Source of the DNA: Monocercomonoides exilis PA203
Taxonomy: Eukaryota; Protista; Preaxostyla
Length of the DNA stretch: 64,000 bases
Direction: 5' to 3'
Assembly: GCA_001643675.2 (NCBI GenBank)
Contig: LSRY02000024.1
Location: 744,001-808,000, forward strand
The notes under the pieces were generated by a model. That model was not told the origin of the DNA. It made no database searches and worked only from the letters and a program-made list of their open reading frames with translations. Of the stretch, positions 58,000-64,000 are shown piece after piece. Position 1 is the stretch's first letter. Every line of letters begins with the position of its first letter. The position numbers and the translations under genes were made by a program.

Positions 58000-60900
58000 C
58001 ACAAGAAGCTGATTTTTTCAAAAATCCTTAACGTCAGCTCAGATAAAAACATTTCTTCGAAATTTCTTCATCTATTTTCTCCTTTTCATCAAATGCAAAT
58101 TCCACTTGTTGCTTTAAGGAATCATCTATTACTTCTCTTCAATATGCATCTCTTCGATCATATCAGAAAGTTCTTCAAAAGCATTTATTTCTTCAGCATT
58201 CCGCTTTTAACTTGCTTGTAACCGATTAGCGCAACTACCTCTTTGAAATTTCTCTTCAATTCTGCCTTTTCCCAAAAATTGCTTTTCCTCTTCATTTCAC
58301 TTCCAACAATTCGCTGTGGTTTTGATGTTGCGAAATTAATTGAAGGCTATTTTTGAATCAATTCACCCCAAATATCCTATCCTGCCCTGCCCCTTCTGTT
58401 TTCTGTGAATTCTTTCAATCTTAAAACGAAAAAAGTCAGATTCGATCTTCGTGGATTGCGTACCAGATGATCGGCTCATCTTGATTTGAAATTGAATCTC
58501 TTCCTTTGACATATAATCTTTTCAGATATTCCATGATAGAATAAATATTCCTTTTGTCTTTCTGAATGTGAATGAAAGTGATAAACGATGTCGAATTCGA
58601 GGGGTGTTGAACGCAAGAGAAGGAGACGAAGAGAGAGCAGAAAGTTTGAGTGGAGGAAGTGATCCAGGAGTAGCAGGATTAGCAGAAGATGGATGGAAAG
58701 CTTGAAATTGCAGTGAAGGAGATAAAGATGTTCTGAAATGAGGAGAAGATTGTTATTGGATGTTCATAAAAAAGGACGAAATGACAATCGAAGAAGTTCA
58801 GCGAGAAAGAGGATGAAGAGCAATGTTTGCATTTGAAGCGAAATCAGCATATAATCAAAAGGCGCAACCAAATTGAGCACAGGGTGTTTCTGCATCAGAT
58901 CCATCGCCATTGAATTCTGCAAAGCGGAGAAAGATACCAATTTTGAGAACGAAAGTGAATAAAACAGCTTCGACAGAGCATCTCTTCTTCCGGGCACACT
59001 GCTCTGACTGAATGTTCTTATCCCTTTCTCCTTCTGAAACAGCAGAGCTGATCCTTTCCCTGCTCCTTTCCTTCCCTTCCTGTGTGTCGCTTCTGCTTCC
59101 TCTTTGTATGGCCACCAGCCCCTCCACTTCATCCCCCTTCCTCTTCTCAACTCTGCCCGGCTCTGCCTCAGCCCACTCTTCAGCGCACTCATCAGATCCA
59201 ACCGCGTTCTTGTCTGCCTCGCGTCGACTGCTGCATACACAGGCACTTTTCGCATCTTCCACACAAATTGCCCATTTTCCTCGCTTTTGATTCGCACATA
59301 ACGGCAGGGCACATCCAGTTCATCGCTCAAATCTTCCAGGTCAGAATTCGCTAAATCATTCAACATGCAGTCCAATTTCCGCTCTCTTGTCAAAAATGGC
59401 GTTTGGCTTTCTTTCGCCTCTTGTTGCGCCTCGCTTGCCATTTTGTTCACCTTCTGGTTAATCGGTGTGCCTGTCTCAAGGTACGGTTGTAATATTCCTT
59501 GGATGCTGCTTAACAGATTCTTGTCTTTTTCTTCTTTCTTCTTTCGCCTCTTCTTTTTCTCTTCTTTTTCTTTCTTCTTCTTCTGTATTTCCTGTTGTTT
59601 CATTAGCCAAAGCAGGTTTTCTGTCTGATCATCAGATTCCAATGAATTAAATGTGAACTTCGCCTCTTCATCGTCCACTTTCCCTTTCTCATTCTGAAAC
59701 TCATCTGGTATCGCCTTTGCCACTTCTTTGTTCAAATCCTTCATCCCCATCACAGCCAACGTCACCACTCCTCCTCCTTCTCCAACAACAACAGGTGATA
59801 GCGGAGTTGTCTGTGCACCAACAGCCCCTCTTCCCATCTCCATCTCTTGGCCGTACACAATCAACGCCCTCCCTCCTACTCCTCCACATCCGAAGTCCAT
59901 TCGCTTCCCTCGCGTAAAGTGTATCGTTCCAAAGGCGCCTCTTCATAAAGTATATTGCATAGGCTGTGGAGCAGGTGATGTTGTGTTGTAATTCTGCTGC
60001 TGTTTTTGCTGAGCTTGCGATGAAAGAGGCTCTGGATTTGGCTCATCTGAATGCGTTTCGTCTTTTTTGCCGCTTTGAATTGATTCTTTCGCGTTTGCAT
60101 TCTCTTCTGCTTCTGTTTGATAGTCTTTCTTTTGAAGTCTTTCAACACTTTCTTGAGCTTCATTGTTTTCATTTCCTTTCTTTTTCATCGAAGCACTTTG
60201 TTTTGTTTCAGTATCATTTGCATCATCATCATATGCTCCTTCCTTTTCACTCACATCGCTCTCCAAACTATCAGTTGATTCATCATCTGACAGAATTCCC
60301 CCAACATTCACCACATTCTCATTGCTCATTATCTTCAGAATATTCTCATCATCTGCGTTGTCCTCTTCATACAGCCATCCATCCCCTGAGCTTATGCCCC
60401 ACCAATCGTCGTCGTCAAACTCTTCTTCTCTTCTTCGGAACGCTGTCAGAATCTCCCGCAGCTTCTTCTCTCGAATGTCGTCTTCTTCGTCTTCGTCTAT
60501 TCCCGTTAAGTTGCAAACTTTTGCTTTCTTCTTATTCTTCTTATTTTTATTTTTGGATTTTGATAAATGTTTTATTTTCTTTCCTTTTGAAGCAGCTTCT
60601 TTGGGGTTGTTCATTGAATCCTCCAATATCACTCCTTCGTTTTCGTCGTTGTTCGAATCATCATCATCTTTTTCTTCTTCCTCATCATTCGTGTTATCTT
60701 CATCGCCTTCAAATTCTTTTTTGTTTCAATTCGCATTCAAAGAATTAATTACTTCTTTCTCTTCTTTCTCACCTTTTTCGCCATCCCCCTCATTTTTGAA
60801 GCACTCACATTCATTCCTGGTCTTTTTATCGACTCGACAATCGGCGCTGGAGAAAGCAGCAGGTTTGGTCTGACCATCAAAATCACCTCATTCACAACAG

Positions 60901-62307
60901 AATCACGCTGAAGCTCAAGCGCCTGGTAGTATCTTCGCATCAGCCTCTGTTTCTCTCTCTGTTTGTGTCTCTTCTCTCTTCGCTCTTCTTCATCACTGAT
61001 GATGGAGCTTTCGGAAAGTCATTCACTTTCTTCTTTTTTCTTCTGTTCCTTCAAAGAATTTCTTCTAATCAATGATGAACTCTCGTTTTCTTCTGATATT
61101 GTTTTATTTTCTTTTTCATCATCATTGTTATCTCAATCATTTGCTTGCTTCAATATCTTCCTCGTCTCAATCAGTTTTCTTGTTCTTCTTTCCTTTCTTC
61201 TCTTGTTCCTTGCTTCTCTCTCTCTTTCCTTCGCTCTCTCTCTTTCTCTCTTCCTCTTCTCCAGATTCTCCGCATACCGCTCCACCATCCGAAACTCTGC
61301 AAACAGCGGCAGCGCCTCAAATACGTCTGGTGGGAAAACAATATATTGTCTTTCCCTTCTTCTTCCGAACTGTTGCTGCATCCTCCTCATCTGCTGCTCT
61401 TCGCCTGTCAGAAATCTGTTTCTAGAAAAGCGCAGCAACGAAGAAGAAGAAGAAGAAAAGAAGAAGAAAAAGAAAAAAAAGAAGAAGAAAAAGAAGAACG
61501 TGAGGCACCAGAAGCAGCAGACACTTGTGCACAGTGGTTGAGATAGCGTCGTCGTAGGAGAGGATGCATTGCTCTTATGCGGCGAGCCATGGCAATCTTA
61601 GAGCGATGAGGTGGTTTGTGGTGGAGAGAGGGGTCAGTAACTGCAGGAGAAGATGAGGAAGATGAAGAGGAAGAGGAAGAAGAAAATGAAGGAGATGGAG
61701 AAGAAGATGACTGTGGAAGAGAAAGAAAAGATTCATTGGGCAATGAAGAAGGAGATGTGCCTGTTTCTGTGCCAATGCTAGCAATTGAATGAGTCAAAAA
61801 TGTTTGTGCAGAATTTTGATTGCTTTTTCTCTGTCTTTGTCTTCGAGGCACATAAGACGGATTCTGAAGAGTTGCTTCTTGTGGCGGAAGAATCACAGGA
61901 AGAGGCAGACGCGGTGCATGTTTTCGTTTGAAGTCTTCGATGATTTCATCAATTTCCGCATTTTCAGCTCTTTCTTGTGATGAATTCACTTCTAACTGTT
62001 CGTAAAAAGAGGAAGATGAAAATGATCAGTTTTCTATTTTTTCTTTCTCGAAGAATTTGACTGTTGCTGTTTTTGATGACGATGTCGAAGAAGAAGAAGA
62101 AGAAGAAGAAGAGGAAGAGGAAGAAGAGGAGGAAGAAGAAGAAGAAGAAGTTAAAGAATTTAGAGAAGGTGAGGAAGAAGTAAATGATGAAGAAGAAAGT
62201 GAAGAAAGTGAAGAAGATGAGATGATGAAGAAAATGAATATTTTTCGCGATTGACAAATCCATAAAAAATTCAAAAAAATTCCAAGGAAGAAGTTGGGAG
62301 GTTCCAT
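58000..62307 (-). pseudogene. Long decayed ORF (>1100 codons) of unknown function inside the 6.7-kb element
   Basis: ORF pieces 62026-62307, 61408-61989, 61133-61438, 60749-60940, 59943-60632 and 58764-59900 chain through in-frame TGA stops and two frameshifts (~61450, ~60875). The 3' boundary is approximate. Confidence 0.65.
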
Positions 62308-64000
62308 GTGATTTTGTTTACTGAATGAAACATTTCATTTAACAAGTTAACTTCGCAACGAGACAAAAACCCAAATTGCAAATATTTTGGATGATATTCT
62401 GTAATTAATCAATTAAGCTTGATTTCTTCAAATCAACTCACTTTCTTTCAACAATTTCCTCTCTTTTCCCTTCAAAAATAAAAAATGAAGATATCTCTGA
62501 ATTTCCACTCCTTTCCATTTTCCTCTTCCATTCAGCTCTCAAAATCATCAAAAAATGTCAATTCCCTTCCTTTTCTTCATTTTTCGCAGTCTCTTCCATA
62601 AAATATTCTTCTCCTCTCAAAAAAGAAAAAACCCCTCTTCCATTAGAATATTTCGGAATATTCTTCTTCTTTCCCGCCTTTGCCCTCTTTTCTTTTTTTT
62701 CAAAATCCATTTCTCCAATCGACAATAAGCCCTCCTTCATCATCCCCAGTCACTTCTCTATATTTTTTCTATTTTTTCTTCTCCAAATCTCCGCTTGCTC
62801 TTCCCCATCCCCTTTGTCTCAGAATTTCTTCCTTTCAAAAGCCCCTCTCGAAACATTAACATTCTCAATAACACTCAACTCCCGCCCCCTGCTACAAAAA
62901 ATCCCCTTCCATCTCATCTCCGATCCATATCCCTCATGTGCATAGTGTTGATGAGATAAACATCAAATACTTCTTTTGGTGGTTGAGAATATTATTAAAG
63001 GAGAGGATCATGACAAAAACAGAAAAAAACACATCTGCACATCCACCACAATGTGTACGGGCCGAAAAGACCCTCCAGTGAAATGTACAATGTATTTTGT
63101 GGAGATGCATTCCATGCTGCATTTTCCATTCCGAGACTAAAATGAAGAGATTGATTTTTTGAATGATGATGGCTGTGGAAATGAAGCTGTTTGGCAAAAT
63201 GTAGTCGAAGCGCAGTTTTGTCTTTATTCATTTTTCTATATATGAATATTAACCTGTTGAATGTTTTTGTGTTGTTTTCAGGGCAGGAGGTGGAAAAGAA
63301 TGAAAAAGAATGAAATGTTTATATCTCATTGTGCATGGTGACTATGGAGTTGGGAGAGCGGATTCATGGAAAGTCCACAGGACAGAGGGATTGAGAAGGA
63401 AATTTGAAATAATAATTTCTTAAGAAGTAGTTGGATTTATAAAACAAACAAAAACCTCTTTTTTTCGAGAAAAGAAGAAACATTAAAAAGAGAAAAGGCT
63501 ATTAGAAAGGACGATATGTCAGCAAGCTGCCAGATCTGTGGAAATTCATTGATTCAGTTTTCAATTTTCAATTTCAACTTATTTTTTTTTAAATTCATTT
63601 TCAATAACAATATGTATCATATATTTGAATATGAAATTGATGTATTACATTATCTTAATTATTGTTATCATGTTTTTGGAATCAGTTAACTTATGTTTTA
63701 TTAGGTTTATCGAATTTTCGATATTTTTTTTAAGAAATTATATTTATTTCTCGATATTTGAAATAAAAACATTTGGAAACAAATAAAAATCAACAAATAA
63801 TAAATAATAACAATATATTAATGGATATTTTCTCATTATTTTACAAAAATATATTTCTATTAAGCACATCCCTTAATGAAATTCTTTTTTGATCAAACGT
63901 CGGAATTTTTTATGATATCAAAAAAAATCACCCAAATGGAGAAATGAAAGAAACGCAAACAAAGGACGAGTATCTTTTTAATGGATAAAAAGAACTTGTT

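Larger units (their letters stand above)
57194..63933. mobile_element. 6.74-kb non-autonomous TIR DNA transposon carrying decayed gene cargo (GGGTGATT family), TSD AAAT
   Basis: Perfect 28-bp TIR GGGTGATTTTTTTTGATATCATAAAAAA at 57194-57221, with its reverse complement at 63906-63933. Direct repeat AAAT at 57190-57193 and 63934-63937. Confidence 0.8.

Noticed and set aside
58764-62307. Genome-wide stop-codon reassignment (TGA read-through, or TAR=Gln as in some oxymonads)
   Set aside because: Conserved genes here terminate correctly at TAA (RPL39, H4, PRMT5), TAG (BRO1, serpin) and TGA (Nup54, RPC1, OTU) and have no internal stops.
57194-63933. Autonomous transposon or transposase gene
   Set aside because: No DDE/DDD, zinc-finger, tyrosine-recombinase or RT motif could be recognised by eye; a remote-homology search is still needed.
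1-64000. tRNA, rRNA or snRNA genes
   Set aside because: No cloverleaf, A/B-box or rRNA-like sequence was recognised by eye; tRNAscan-SE and Infernal were not run, so small ncRNAs are not excluded.

Overview
Eukaryotic, AT-rich, intron-containing DNA using the standard genetic code (host genes end in TAA, TAG or TGA; introns are GT-AG, often GTTTG/GTATG). The gene families, Ser and Glu/Lys low-complexity inserts and intron style suggest an oxymonad such as Monocercomonoides; this is an inference, not a search result. Housekeeping genes: a multi-RRM protein, RPL39 (absent from the ORF track), a small secreted protein, a Nup54-like nucleoporin, BRO1/ALIX, a WDR20-like WD40 protein, a class-V PLP cysteine-desulfurase-like enzyme, histone H4, an OTU deubiquitinase, a serpin with a charged helical tail, RNA polymerase III RPC1 and PRMT5. 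Accessory regions (about 21.2-30.3 kb and 44.5-64 kb) hold two tandem lineage-specific paralogues, a giant receptor-like pseudokinase and unannotated mobile DNA. The best hidden signal is a DNA-transposon family with GGGTGATT...AATCACCC ends and 4-bp AWWT target-site duplications. It occurs as a 6.74-kb cargo-carrying element (57194-63933, perfect 28-bp TIRs, TSD AAAT) and two ~250-bp MITEs. There are also two ~1-kb fold-back elements with 456-bp and 489-bp inverted arms; one has a MITE nested inside. No transposase was recognised. Notable proteins: Nup54 with NPF instead of FG repeats, a probably myristoylated non-inhibitory serpin, and an H4 with a rewritten basic patch.
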